From positions 1 through 64,000 of IMG/VR virus record IMGVR_UViG_3300007735_000799: a DNA stretch of 64,000 nucleotides; one strand, written 5' to 3'. Shown here piece after piece: positions 28,951 through 38,839 of this stretch (its first letter is position 1; each line of letters opens with the position of its first letter). Under the pieces are notes generated by a model. The model was not told the DNA's origin. It saw only the letters and a list, made by a program, of their open reading frames with translations, and ran no database searches. This DNA is from a virus. The position numbers were made by a program, and so were the translations under genes.

Positions 28951-30297
28951 TCAAACATTCTCGGTAGCCATTATTGGCAAATGAACTCGTCTCTTAGTTA
29001 AGAAATCATTTAGTGTAGTTTCGATATAGTTTAGGTGCTCGTCCGTTATAACAGGACTTGTTCCCAAGAAGAAAGTATCTGTTGTTACCTTTCTAGCATT
29101 AGGGTAGTCTTTGATAACTTTCTCAGAATCCATAAGTCCTTCATATGCTGGCTGCAACATAATATTGCCAGCAAAATAAGGTCTAGTTTGAATCTTGTTT
29201 TCTTCAAAATAATCTACAATATCGTTTCTCTTGAACGGGCAACCATCCTTAAGAGTTACAGCAAAAGCAAACCAAGAAGGATCTGATTTTGGTGTCGCTT
29301 TGGGAATGATGAAATGCTGCTCATATTTGCCAAATATTTCACACAGTCTCTTATGATTGTGCTTCCTTATTTCAATAATTTTTGGAAGTCTTTTCATTTG
29401 AACCAAACCCATAGCAGCCTGTTGATCGGTTGGCTTTAAATTATATCCAATTTCATCATACACATACTTGTGATCGAATATTTCATTTGGTAAAGCAGGA
29501 AGCCAATTTGAGAATCTCTTTTTGCAACTACCGTTCTTTAAGAAATTTGCTTTTTGCCCAACACAATAGCACCCTCTTCCCCATTCTCTGAAACTTCTTG
29601 CAACAATCTCTTGTTCTTTTGTTCTACAAGAAACAAAACCACCTTCTCCCATAGTTATGTGGTGTGCAGGATAGAAAGAGCAAGAAGCCATCTCTCCAAA
29701 ACTTCCTAAAGGCTTTCCGTCGTATGTTGATCGAAGAGCATCGCAACAATCCTCAAGAAGAATCAAACCATACTTCTCAACAATTTGCATCAATCTATCC
29801 ATGTTTGGAGGATTGCCCAACACATGAGCAAAGGTAATTATTTTGCATCCTTCCTTTGCCTTTTCTTCAACCTGATCCAAGTTCAAGTTTAAAGTGTCTA
29901 GATCAATATCAACAAACACAGGTTCAAATCCTACCTGAAAGATGGGATTGATGGTTGTTGGAAATCCTGCAATTGGAGTTATTACCTTTGTTCCTTTGGG
30001 GAAGTTATACAAACGCTTTGATGTCATACACGACATCATTATTAGATTTGAACTGCTACCGCTATTGGTTAGAATGCCGTATTCCTTGCCCATCAGATTT
30101 GGGAACTGATGTTCAAACCTAATACCATTTGTTCCAAGAACGAGCCAACCTTCAAGAAGAGTCTTTACCGATTCGGTGTACTCTTCTGTTCCGAAATATG
30201 GGCCAGCGTATTGAACCCAATCAACACCAGCCTTCCACTTCTTGGAGACTTGCTTTTCCTTTATAAACTCTTCAACTGCTTTAAGTATGTGTTCCAT
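28951..30297 (-). CDS. rfbH: CDP-4-keto-6-deoxyglucose 3-dehydratase (RfbH/DdhC-like)
   Basis: GFPTT.NPI, SFYPAHHITMGEGG, RSFREWGRGCYC, DHKYVY; ORF track start 30339. Confidence 0.9.
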   Translation of the reverse strand: MEHILKAVEEFIKEKQVSKKWKAGVDWVQYAGPYFGTEEYTESVKTLLEGWLVLGTNGIRFEHQFPNLMGKEYGILTNSGSSSNLIMMSCMTSKRLYNFPKGTKVITPIAGFPTTINPIFQVGFEPVFVDIDLDTLNLNLDQVEEKAKEGCKIITFAHVLGNPPNMDRLMQIVEKYGLILLEDCCDALRSTYDGKPLGSFGEMASCSFYPAHHITMGEGGFVSCRTKEQEIVARSFREWGRGCYCVGQKANFLKNGSCKKRFSNWLPALPNEIFDHKYVYDEIGYNLKPTDQQAAMGLVQMKRLPKIIEIRKHNHKRLCEIFGKYEQHFIIPKATPKSDPSWFAFAVTLKDGCPFKRNDIVDYFEENKIQTRPYFAGNIMLQPAYEGLMDSEKVIKDYPNARKVTTDTFFLGTSPVITDEHLNYIETTLNDFLTKRRVHLPIMATENV

Positions 30298-30317
30298 GAT
30301 ATACCATTTCTGTATAC

Positions 30318-31892
30318 TTAGTGTATACCAAATCCCCAATCATTCAAGTTAGGAATGCTATATTTTTTCACATTTTCTTTGATATATCTGTATGCGTTTG
30401 TATTTTCAACATTTTTATCTCGTTCTGCATAAATGTTTTCAGGTACTCGCAATTCAAATGGAAATGGCACACAAGTCCAATTAAAATTATTTACAGAACG
30501 ATCATACTCTACAGGATCTATAATATCAACCTTGTGAAGTAACTTATTGACATAATCCCAAACCTTATAGTGATATTGCTTAATAGCAATTGCTCTTCTA
30601 TCTGCCAACCAACTCAAATGGGATACAAACAAATGAGGAACATCAATAGAACCGTATCTATCTGGTGTAGGCACATGCTCTCCATGAGTTTGCTTGTTCT
30701 TATAAACAGCCCTCTTGCTGTAAGATCCTATTCTATCAACAGGATGCATTTCCCATTTACCGTCAACTCTTATTTCATTCTTTTTGGTGTATTGAATCCA
30801 TTTACAATAGAATAAGGTGTCTTTATTATTTTCAAGAAGTTCGTTTAACTGCTCTTTGGTTACATTGCCATCAAGATACTCATCAGCATCCAAACAAATA
30901 ATCTTACCTGTATATTTGAATGCTTCATCAAACATTCTTTGTCTAGTAGTTGATTCAAAGAAATCAATCTCTCCAGGATTAGTATGTGTTCTTAAAACTG
31001 CGAGGATGTTATACTTTGATGCGTTCTCAATCAAAAATTCGTAACTACCATCAGTTGATTGGTCATCCATGAAAACAAATCCATCAGCATACTTCTTCCA
31101 AATTGGCAACATATGCTTCAACAAATGTAGTTCATTCTTTATCATACTAATTTGAACTATAGATGGATTTGATCCCTGCGACGAATTACTTTGAAAATTA
31201 TTTGCTTTTCTTTTCAAGTAAATATCTCTATCGTGAGAACTACCAACATGCATATTATGCTGCATCAGAGCATCCTGATTTTCTGCCCATCTATGAATTA
31301 TTGGGCGACTATTGATATGCCTCAATACTCCTAGAGATTCAAACACTTCTGTTTGCTCGTTGTCGCACCATTCCGACTTATAATCAGGATGATAGATGTA
31401 ACCAAACTTATCATATAGTTTTCTACCAATAACGGGAAGAGTTATGAGAGTTTTAAATCCATCAACTCCCTTTTGCTCCAAACGAGGATCATTATTGTAA
31501 TTCAATGATCCATCCATATTTGGAAACTCTCTAACCATATCTTGTACTATAATCTCATCCCAACCTGATTCAACAGGTTCCATATCATCTGCGGTGGAAA
31601 CGATTATATCCCAATCAGTTGATGGAACATCTCTATTGATAGCAGCAATTTTTCCTCCGCGCTCTCCATAATGATATTCAACCAAGGTATTTTCGGTCTT
31701 GGGAAGATTCTCTAGAAAATGCTTGATTCTAGAATTGTTTAGCAACAGATCATCAGAATCCATGCTAATCACATAAGTGATTTTATTCTTTCCTGATGCT
31801 TTATCCATGTAGGCACGAAGATTATTCATAAACTTACCTGGACGCTGACGAGTTGGGTACTTTAGAATAAGATGCTTCTTATCGCTTTGCAT
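30318..31892 (-). CDS. Two-domain GT2-like glycosyltransferase
   Basis: KYPTRQRP, ADDMEP; second domain MIKNE, DDQSTDGS, LDADE; ORF track start 31922. Confidence 0.75.
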   Translation of the reverse strand: MQSDKKHLILKYPTRQRPGKFMNNLRAYMDKASGKNKITYVISMDSDDLLLNNSRIKHFLENLPKTENTLVEYHYGERGGKIAAINRDVPSTDWDIIVSTADDMEPVESGWDEIIVQDMVREFPNMDGSLNYNNDPRLEQKGVDGFKTLITLPVIGRKLYDKFGYIYHPDYKSEWCDNEQTEVFESLGVLRHINSRPIIHRWAENQDALMQHNMHVGSSHDRDIYLKRKANNFQSNSSQGSNPSIVQISMIKNELHLLKHMLPIWKKYADGFVFMDDQSTDGSYEFLIENASKYNILAVLRTHTNPGEIDFFESTTRQRMFDEAFKYTGKIICLDADEYLDGNVTKEQLNELLENNKDTLFYCKWIQYTKKNEIRVDGKWEMHPVDRIGSYSKRAVYKNKQTHGEHVPTPDRYGSIDVPHLFVSHLSWLADRRAIAIKQYHYKVWDYVNKLLHKVDIIDPVEYDRSVNNFNWTCVPFPFELRVPENIYAERDKNVENTNAYRYIKENVKKYSIPNLNDWGFGIH

Positions 31893-32493
31893 ATTGTATA
31901 CTTTCCGATGTTCTGTCATCATATTGATAGTAGTGAAGTACTTTATCTAGGTGAGTTTCACTTGTTACAAACGGATACATTCGCATACACCAATCAATAT
32001 CTTCTCCGTATGAAACAGCACGGAATGGAATGTTCTTGGCGATCTTGGTTGCCCACACGCACATGTGATACGGAGGACGCTTAATATCGCCTAGACTACC
32101 ATCAGGATTTTGCTTAAGTCCTTCGTGAGGATTACCCATACGGAAATCAACCTTGAACTCCTTGCCGTTTACCGAGCAATGCTGTTCAAAAGTAATAACA
32201 TCCGCAGGCTTGGTTCTCAAGGTTTCAATCAGGGTTGAGATGTAATCTTCGGATACAGCATCATCGTCATCCAAAAAGGCAATCCACTTGCCTCTAGCCG
32301 ATTGAATCAAAGCCTGACGCTTTTCACCGATGCTCATGCTCTTGTTGTCTACAAGAGTTAGAACCTCAACACAAGTCTCGTTTCCAATCTGCTCCAACAA
32401 ACGATTGTAGGTTGGAATCAAGCACTTCTCAAGACGAGAAGGAATTGAAAGAATCAGAACGCTGAGTAAGATTTCATTAGGAGGCGTTGGCAT
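31879..32493 (-). CDS. GT2 glycosyltransferase
   Basis: LSVLILSIPSR, IGEKRQ.L, AFLDDDD, GED; ORF track start 32595. Confidence 0.8.
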   Translation of the reverse strand: MPTPPNEILLSVLILSIPSRLEKCLIPTYNRLLEQIGNETCVEVLTLVDNKSMSIGEKRQALIQSARGKWIAFLDDDDAVSEDYISTLIETLRTKPADVITFEQHCSVNGKEFKVDFRMGNPHEGLKQNPDGSLGDIKRPPYHMCVWATKIAKNIPFRAVSYGEDIDWCMRMYPFVTSETHLDKVLHYYQYDDRTSESIQYAKR

Positions 32494-33166
32494 GTTGTGG
32501 CAAACCGAAGTTTGCTGCCTTTCTTTGTTGGTATAACGCACCGTCACGGGCGTAGAGTTCGCGGTTCTCGTTACGCATGTATAGAGCATCCACACCGATC
32601 TCTATCCAGAAGTGACGAATAATAACCTTGTCAATGTAAGTTGCTTTGCCTAGAATCCTGCTCACATCGGTAAACTCGTTGTCGGGGAATACGCTGATGT
32701 ATTCAGGATTGTAGATATAACCAAAACGGTCAAAATACTTCTTGCCGAAAATGCAAAGAGTATTCAAACGCTCGCCTTGCTTGCCATCGTTGTAATGAAG
32801 AACACCATCACCATCAGGGTAATAAGTCTGCATATCCTGCATGATGATATCGTCGTATCCCTGCATCTGAGGAATCATATCATCGGATGCAAGTAGCATT
32901 ACATCGTAATCGCCTGCGTGTTCCAAATCAGCATTGATGGCTTGTATCTTGGTTTTAGAGTTGCCCCAAAATGCTTTAACTGAATCACCTTGCTTGGCAA
33001 TCCAGTTACGCATACCGGCGTTATTCATGGTGGCATCGTCAAGATCAAACGAGCATAAGAACTGAACATCGTGCTTGCCTGATGCCATATTCTTGTAGAG
33101 ATTAAACACCTCCATGAACTTGGCAGGACGAGATCTGCTTGGTAACTTAATCAGTAATTTCGCCAT
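32477..33166 (-). CDS. GT2-like glycosyltransferase, paralogue of the N-domain of 30318-31892
   Basis: KLPSRSRPAKF, SFDLDD, KIQAINAD, ASDDMIP, IYNPEY. Confidence 0.75.
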   Translation of the reverse strand: MAKLLIKLPSRSRPAKFMEVFNLYKNMASGKHDVQFLCSFDLDDATMNNAGMRNWIAKQGDSVKAFWGNSKTKIQAINADLEHAGDYDVMLLASDDMIPQMQGYDDIIMQDMQTYYPDGDGVLHYNDGKQGERLNTLCIFGKKYFDRFGYIYNPEYISVFPDNEFTDVSRILGKATYIDKVIIRHFWIEIGVDALYMRNENRELYARDGALYQQRKAANFGLPQHANAS

Positions 33167-33446
33167 GTAGTTCCGCCTCTTCGTTGAATTCTTCTATGGT
33201 ACAGCGATTAACAAGAACAGGAGTTCCTTCTCCAAGATAACCACCTAAAGTATTTACTTCAAGCCACTCATAGGCATCAATCACATCCATGCCCTGCTTA
33301 ACTAGAATATCTAAACACTTCTCGTAATCGTAGACAGCCACAGGAACAATCTGTCCAAACTTGCGAAGACTTCCAAGAAAGGCTTCTTGAAATTCAGGAT
33401 AGACGATTATATCATCCTTCCGCTTCAATGGTTTCCGTGGATTCAT
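33147..33446 (-). CDS. Hypothetical protein
   Basis: VAVYDYEKC...EWLEVN..G.Y.GE.TP motif recalled from phage proteins; ORF track start 33491. Confidence 0.55.
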   Translation of the reverse strand: MNPRKPLKRKDDIIVYPEFQEAFLGSLRKFGQIVPVAVYDYEKCLDILVKQGMDVIDAYEWLEVNTLGGYLGEGTPVLVNRCTIEEFNEEAELHGEITD

Positions 33447-34482
33447 TGGTTGCCTCACTTTCCGTCGTATCAGAACCATACTTGAATTCACGAGCGGCAG
33501 CAGTCTCCAAAGACTTCATCACTTCTTCGGTGAAATACTTGGTTGGATTCTTAACAATCTGACTTTCAAAAGCAGTAGTGCCGTTAGGCAGTTCAATCTT
33601 GGTGGAAACCTTCTTGAACACATTCTGCTTCAAAGCCAAATCCACAAGACCGTAGTACCGGTCAAGTCCCTTGTCAAAGGTGAGAAGAACATCCACCATC
33701 TTGTTTTCACGGGTTAGACGACCCTTGTAGAGTTTGCAATGAATGATGTTGCCTACGATCTCATCATCAACCTTGTGCTTCTTCTTGGAAAGATACACAA
33801 TGGTTGAAGCGGCATACTTGAGACCTGAACCACCACCCATTTCCTTGGTTGGCACATACGCACCCACCACATCGTAGGTATGATTAGTCATAACCATTGG
33901 AATGTTGTAAAGACCCAACTTCATGGTGAGAACTCTGAAGGTTCCCTTGACAACTTGAGCGCGGGTCATGTCTCGCACTTCCTTGCCTTCAAGGGTATCG
34001 TTGGTTTCCTTGGAGGTACTCAACATGCCTAGTGAGTCAAGAACAACAAAGAAAGGCTTACGCTTCTTCTCGTCCAACTTGCCGTAGTTGTCAATGATTT
34101 GCAGCAACTGATGGCGGAAACTCTCAACGGTAGCAACAGGGAATACTGCTACACGATTGGGATCAAGACCGCGTGACTTAATCATGTCACTTGTAACAGC
34201 CTGCTCGGAATCAAAGTAAAGAATTGCACCTTCGGGATTGTCAGCCAAGAACTGTGCTGCGATACCCAAGGCAAAGTAAGTCTTGCCTGTGGCAGACTCG
34301 CCTGCGATACCTAGAATCTTATTGTTGGCGATACCGCCGTTCAGAGAACCTGAAAGCAGAGCATTCAGAGAGTAAGAACCGGTGTTAACAAAACCAGTAA
34401 CATCACCCTCAACTCCGTCCTCTGCAAGTGAGGCGAACTCATTACCCGATGCACGAATCATACCCTTTAAAAAGTCACTCAT
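33412..34482 (-). CDS. uvsX: RecA-like recombinase UvsX
   Basis: NTGSYSLN.LLSG, AGESATGKT, DSEQA, LDSLG, NHTY, GGGSG. Confidence 0.95.
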   Translation of the reverse strand: MSDFLKGMIRASGNEFASLAEDGVEGDVTGFVNTGSYSLNALLSGSLNGGIANNKILGIAGESATGKTYFALGIAAQFLADNPEGAILYFDSEQAVTSDMIKSRGLDPNRVAVFPVATVESFRHQLLQIIDNYGKLDEKKRKPFFVVLDSLGMLSTSKETNDTLEGKEVRDMTRAQVVKGTFRVLTMKLGLYNIPMVMTNHTYDVVGAYVPTKEMGGGSGLKYAASTIVYLSKKKHKVDDEIVGNIIHCKLYKGRLTRENKMVDVLLTFDKGLDRYYGLVDLALKQNVFKKVSTKIELPNGTTAFESQIVKNPTKYFTEEVMKSLETAAAREFKYGSDTTESEATNESTETIEAEG

Positions 34483-34502
34483 TGTGTAATCTCCATTGTA
34501 TT

Positions 34503-34531
34503 ATTATATCACTTTTTTCGCTGCCAGTCAA
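34503..34531 (-). promoter_or_regulatory. Sigma70 consensus promoter for uvsX
   Basis: TTGACT-N17-TATAAT. Confidence 0.8.
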
Positions 34532-34676
34532 GTCTTTTAAGAGTTTCTCTGACTCTTTTTCGCTTCTGTTTTAATTCCTCTTCACGCTGTCGCTTATCCT
34601 TATGGCGTTCAACAGATATGTGAATCACCAAACCTATAGCGAAGCATAAAGAAGTTATTAAAATTATTCCATTCAT
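34509..34676 (-). CDS. Small membrane protein (55 aa), not in the ORF track
   Basis: Manual translation MNGIILITSLCFAIGLVIHIS followed by a basic coiled tail. Confidence 0.5.
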   Translation of the reverse strand: MNGIILITSLCFAIGLVIHISVERHKDKRQREEELKQKRKRVRETLKRLDWQRKK

Positions 34677-37228
34677 GTCCATGTAAACAATCCTTCAAGA
34701 CTACTAACTTCACGCATATGCCAACCAATCACATTTAAAATTGCATTGAGTGGTTCCTCAAATGATTTCTCAAATTGAGTATCATAATCTATGTATTTTG
34801 CTTCAAGCCCAAACTCCTTGGGAATTCCTACAGTAAAAGAAATTACTTTGTCACGAACAGGATTTGGAACACGCAGATACACATATTTAATTTTTTCACC
34901 GTCACCAATCTTTGGATATCGTTTTGAAAGATTTTTCTCACGCAACCAATGATTGTAAAGCAATGCGCCCTTAACATGTAATGGAGTAGACTTGCGATAG
35001 ATTGTTGTGTCGTCCCGATACTCCTTCAATCCGTTGCAGCCTCGCGGGAACGCAATCTCTTCCACCTTACGAGTAAAGAAATCTGTCTTAAAGGCTGCAA
35101 CATAATCTCGGAGTTCAGATTCAGTACCTTCCATGATAATTCCGATGGATTTCTTGAGAGCATCACGAACAATTTCAGGGGTACTACTCTTTGCAGTTTC
35201 AAGACCCATGATTTTAGTTTCAGGCTTACTCAACAGCACATCGTCTTCGCCCATCCAAATACTCAACATGTATCGCTTCTTGGCTGTCCAAATGCCCTTG
35301 CTAGAAATACCTTCTCGCTTCATACGCATCTTTTGAGAGTAAGCGTTCTGTTGCTCTGCAAGAGCAGCGTATTGCTTATCAATGAACGGCTGCAACACTT
35401 CGTTGCAGAACTTGTTCAAGAACTTTGTAATCTTTTGTGGATCGGTTTCTTTTGGAATCACTTGCTTCACAAGGGAACCCAATCTCAAATACACCGAATC
35501 AGTATCCGATGCAATCACATAATCTACCCCGGTTGTCTTTAGGGTTTTGTTCAAGAATTGATTCAATCCATTCTCAATCCAACGAATAGATACCTGCCCT
35601 GAAATCGTAATAGCCTCGGCAATCTCTTGATCGTAGTAACGGAAGTATTGATTGCCGCAAGCACCGAAAGCAGAGTTCAATTGAATCTTACGAACAAGTT
35701 GAAAGTTATGGAACTTGGTGATGTCAAGTTTCAGTTGGGCTTCCTGCTCAGGAGTTGGATTTACCAGTTTCTTTAAAGTGGCTTTGGCTTCCAACATTTT
35801 CTTCTTGAAGGCTTTGCGCTCTTCATACATGGTTTCCATGAGTTGCGGCAGGAAGCCCTGCGTATCCTTACGGAATGCCACACAATTACCCGCTACGCTT
35901 AGATTCTTGGCTCGCATGTTATCAAGATAATCTCTCGCGCCTGCGCCCGTGTCCGTGGGTGCGCTCGCGCCCGCGCCCGCGAGGAAATCATTTACAGAGA
36001 ACTTATTGCGAGTTCCCACATTAGTTTTGGTTTCAGGAGACAGATTGTATTGCATGATAAGATGCGGATACAGCGAGTCCAAGTCAAAACTCACCACCCA
36101 ATCGTGCGCTCCAACAATAGGATCTTTAACATACGCACCTTCAAACTTTGTTTCTTTATCCTCGGCTTCTACCTTCATGGGGATAGCAATTCGCTTCTTG
36201 GTGAGATGATGGTAGATGATGGCATCCCATGTGCGAACCTGCGAGAACACATCGTTCAAATTAACCTTGGCGGAATACGCAAGGGCTAGAGCAAGTTCCA
36301 TCAGTTTCAATTTGTTCTCAAGCATTCCCACAAGCAGGGTATCGTGGTGGTTATACTCCATGAACTTTTGAAAATCATTCTTGTAGAAGTCGGCTAGAGT
36401 TCCATCGTATTGCTTCTTGCGCTCGCCCAACTCAACCCAAACGATATGATCTAGTTTGTAGGTTTCACGGGTCACATAGGTGAACTTACGATACAGATCA
36501 AAGTAGTCTAGGGTGGCAATACCTAACAGATCATAAACCTCATTCTTCTTGTTCATCACTTCCACTTCACGAGAACGAATCTCTCGCCACGGAGAAAGAC
36601 GCATGGCTTCCTTCTCGTCAAACAGACGAGTGATGCGATTCACGATATACGGAATATCAAAGAAGTTGACATTCCATCCTGTCACGATGTCTATATCCAT
36701 TGCTTCCCATGCTGCAAGGAAGTCTCGCAACATATGCTTTTCGTCATCGTATTGAAAGCACTTGGCATCAGGAATATTAAACTCACCCAATCCAAACACC
36801 AACACCTTGTTGCCCACCTTTAAGGTAATAGCGTTTATGCGTTCGGTTGCAGTCTTGATAGACGGAAAGCCTCCCTCGCATTCCGTCTCAATATCAATAT
36901 ACGCCACCTTTAATTTGCTTGGATCGTATTCCACTTCGTTCGGGAACGCCTCACCGATATACTGATACAACCATTCGGTGTTTCCAAATAGTTCAAAGCC
37001 AACCACTCCCTTGTACTCATTGATGAACTCTTTAGCATCACGAATGGAACCAGGCTTGAATGGTTCAACATACTTGCCTTCAAGAGTCTTCCATTCGGTC
37101 TTCTTTCCCTTGGCAGGAACAAACAGAGTGGGCATAAACGGAACCTTTTCGGCTATTCGCTTTCCGTTCTCGTATCCACGATACAGAATGTTAGAACCTC
37201 TAACAGCAACATGTGTGTAGAATTTCAC
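34673..37228 (-). CDS. 43: Family B DNA polymerase (T4 gp43-like)
   Basis: Exonuclease DIETE, GWNVNFFDIPY; polymerase SFDLDSLYP, KIQLNSAFG, ASDTDS, KKRY. Confidence 0.98.
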   Translation of the reverse strand: MKFYTHVAVRGSNILYRGYENGKRIAEKVPFMPTLFVPAKGKKTEWKTLEGKYVEPFKPGSIRDAKEFINEYKGVVGFELFGNTEWLYQYIGEAFPNEVEYDPSKLKVAYIDIETECEGGFPSIKTATERINAITLKVGNKVLVFGLGEFNIPDAKCFQYDDEKHMLRDFLAAWEAMDIDIVTGWNVNFFDIPYIVNRITRLFDEKEAMRLSPWREIRSREVEVMNKKNEVYDLLGIATLDYFDLYRKFTYVTRETYKLDHIVWVELGERKKQYDGTLADFYKNDFQKFMEYNHHDTLLVGMLENKLKLMELALALAYSAKVNLNDVFSQVRTWDAIIYHHLTKKRIAIPMKVEAEDKETKFEGAYVKDPIVGAHDWVVSFDLDSLYPHLIMQYNLSPETKTNVGTRNKFSVNDFLAGAGASAPTDTGAGARDYLDNMRAKNLSVAGNCVAFRKDTQGFLPQLMETMYEERKAFKKKMLEAKATLKKLVNPTPEQEAQLKLDITKFHNFQLVRKIQLNSAFGACGNQYFRYYDQEIAEAITISGQVSIRWIENGLNQFLNKTLKTTGVDYVIASDTDSVYLRLGSLVKQVIPKETDPQKITKFLNKFCNEVLQPFIDKQYAALAEQQNAYSQKMRMKREGISSKGIWTAKKRYMLSIWMGEDDVLLSKPETKIMGLETAKSSTPEIVRDALKKSIGIIMEGTESELRDYVAAFKTDFFTRKVEEIAFPRGCNGLKEYRDDTTIYRKSTPLHVKGALLYNHWLREKNLSKRYPKIGDGEKIKYVYLRVPNPVRDKVISFTVGIPKEFGLEAKYIDYDTQFEKSFEEPLNAILNVIGWHMREVSSLEGLFTWT

Positions 37229-37497
37229 TTGCCCTCTCGGTCAACCATAGCCACCCAATCCTGATGGATAAGATTGTTTCTGCCGTATCCTTGACCACGA
37301 ATCTTGGAGATATCCCACAGTACCTTGTCGCCAATCTTGACATCCTCGGTGAGTTTATCACCAACAGAAATTACCGTGCTCCAAACAAGTTGAGAGTTAA
37401 TCTTCTCGGTGTAGATAATACCTTCGGTAGTTTTCTTCTCGCCACCACCAACAGTTTGCACTTCAATCCACTTGCCAATCGGTCTCAGTTTAGTCAT
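37225..37497 (-). CDS. GroES-like co-chaperonin
   Basis: LRPIGKWIEV...KTTEGII...VISVG...VKIGDKVL. Confidence 0.75.
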   Translation of the reverse strand: MTKLRPIGKWIEVQTVGGGEKKTTEGIIYTEKINSQLVWSTVISVGDKLTEDVKIGDKVLWDISKIRGQGYGRNNLIHQDWVAMVDREGK

Positions 37498-38441
37498 GCT
37501 AAAAATCCTTGTAATGAGTTTGCTACTTCTTCACGAATTCGGTCTTCTGCAATCTTAACATACTCAGGGTTCAGTTCAGTTCCCACATAGTTTCTGCCGT
37601 TGCTCAAAGCCACCACAGCGGTTGTGCCGCTGCCAGTAAACGGATCAAGCACCGTGCCGCCAACAGGAGAACCTGCAAGCACACACGGAGTAATCAGTTC
37701 TTTAGGATACACCGCAAAGTGTGCGCCTTTGTATCCCTTGGTGTTAACCGTCCACACAGATCGCTTGTTCTTCTTGCCGTCGCCACCCCATACTCGCTCA
37801 GGTTCAAGAGCAGGATCTCTTGCTCCCTTGTCTTCAGGCTGAGTTCGGTTCTTGTTGCCTGGTGCGTGAGGAGAACTAACCGCTGCTTCCTTGATTGCTT
37901 CATGGTCATAGAAGTAGTGAGACTTCTTGGAAAACATAAAGATGTATTCGTGAGCACGAGTGCAACGGTCGGTTACGCTTTCAGGCATAGGATTCGGCTT
38001 GTGCCAAATTAGGTCTTGACGCAACCACCATCCGTCTGCTTGCAGAGCAAATGCTACACGCCACGGAATACCAATCAGATCTTTAGTCTTGAGACCCTTT
38101 TGATCTTTTCTGTTACCTGGCACAAAGTCTGACGGCATGCCTCGTTGACCACCGATAGTTTGTGGTGGAGGAGCACAGTTCTTTGCTGCCATGTAAGAAT
38201 CACCAAGATTCAACCATAGCGTTCCATCGTCACGCAAAACTCTACGAACTTCGCGGAACACTTCCACCATCTTCTGCACATACTCGTCTACAGTTTCTTC
38301 TTGACCAATTTCCGCATCGCCACCTTCATAGGAACGCAAACCAAAATACGGCGGGGAAGTTACACAGGTATGCACAGACCCTTCAGGCAGAGTCTTCATA
38401 CCTTCAATGCAATCACCTGTTATGATTTGATGTGTGTTCAC
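37494..38441 (-). CDS. N4-C/N6-A DNA methyltransferase (beta class)
   Basis: TSPPY motif IV, HFAVYP, VLDPFTGSGTT motif I. Confidence 0.93.
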   Translation of the reverse strand: MNTHQIITGDCIEGMKTLPEGSVHTCVTSPPYFGLRSYEGGDAEIGQEETVDEYVQKMVEVFREVRRVLRDDGTLWLNLGDSYMAAKNCAPPPQTIGGQRGMPSDFVPGNRKDQKGLKTKDLIGIPWRVAFALQADGWWLRQDLIWHKPNPMPESVTDRCTRAHEYIFMFSKKSHYFYDHEAIKEAAVSSPHAPGNKNRTQPEDKGARDPALEPERVWGGDGKKNKRSVWTVNTKGYKGAHFAVYPKELITPCVLAGSPVGGTVLDPFTGSGTTAVVALSNGRNYVGTELNPEYVKIAEDRIREEVANSLQGFLA

Positions 38442-38839
38442 ACAATATCTCCATACTTGGTTCCGCGCACAAAGAACTGTTCTTCATGCCACTCAAACCC
38501 AAAGCACTCTCTAGCATACTCTATAATAATACCCTTGTCAAACTTATTGCAAGAGTAAACATCAAGTGTAATGAACCGCTTTGGCTCCATTGAGTGAATC
38601 TGAATTCCGCTCTCAATGAGTGGAACCCAACCGCTTACTCCTGCCTTGTCAGGGTACAGTTCCGTGCCGTTGTTTGTTGGAGCATGTATCACGAACGGTT
38701 GGCTCATGCGGGTCATGCCGATCTTGTCTACAACCCGCTCAAGAAAGCGGTAGTGGAGTTCCAAGTCATCGGCTGCACCGATGCGGCAGTTATACATGTC
38801 CAAATAGTAAGAGTATCCGAATGGTTTAATCTCGCTCAT
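38438..38839 (-). CDS. speD: S-adenosylmethionine decarboxylase proenzyme-like
   Basis: GVSGWVPLIESGIQIH (E-S pyruvoyl site), LDVYSC. Confidence 0.75.
   Translation of the reverse strand: MSEIKPFGYSYYLDMYNCRIGAADDLELHYRFLERVVDKIGMTRMSQPFVIHAPTNNGTELYPDKAGVSGWVPLIESGIQIHSMEPKRFITLDVYSCNKFDKGIIIEYARECFGFEWHEEQFFVRGTKYGDIV

Noticed and set aside
34673-37228. Intein or intron in gp43 (also checked gp41 and uvsX)
   Set aside because: Lengths are normal for T4-like orthologues, and no intein splice motifs were seen
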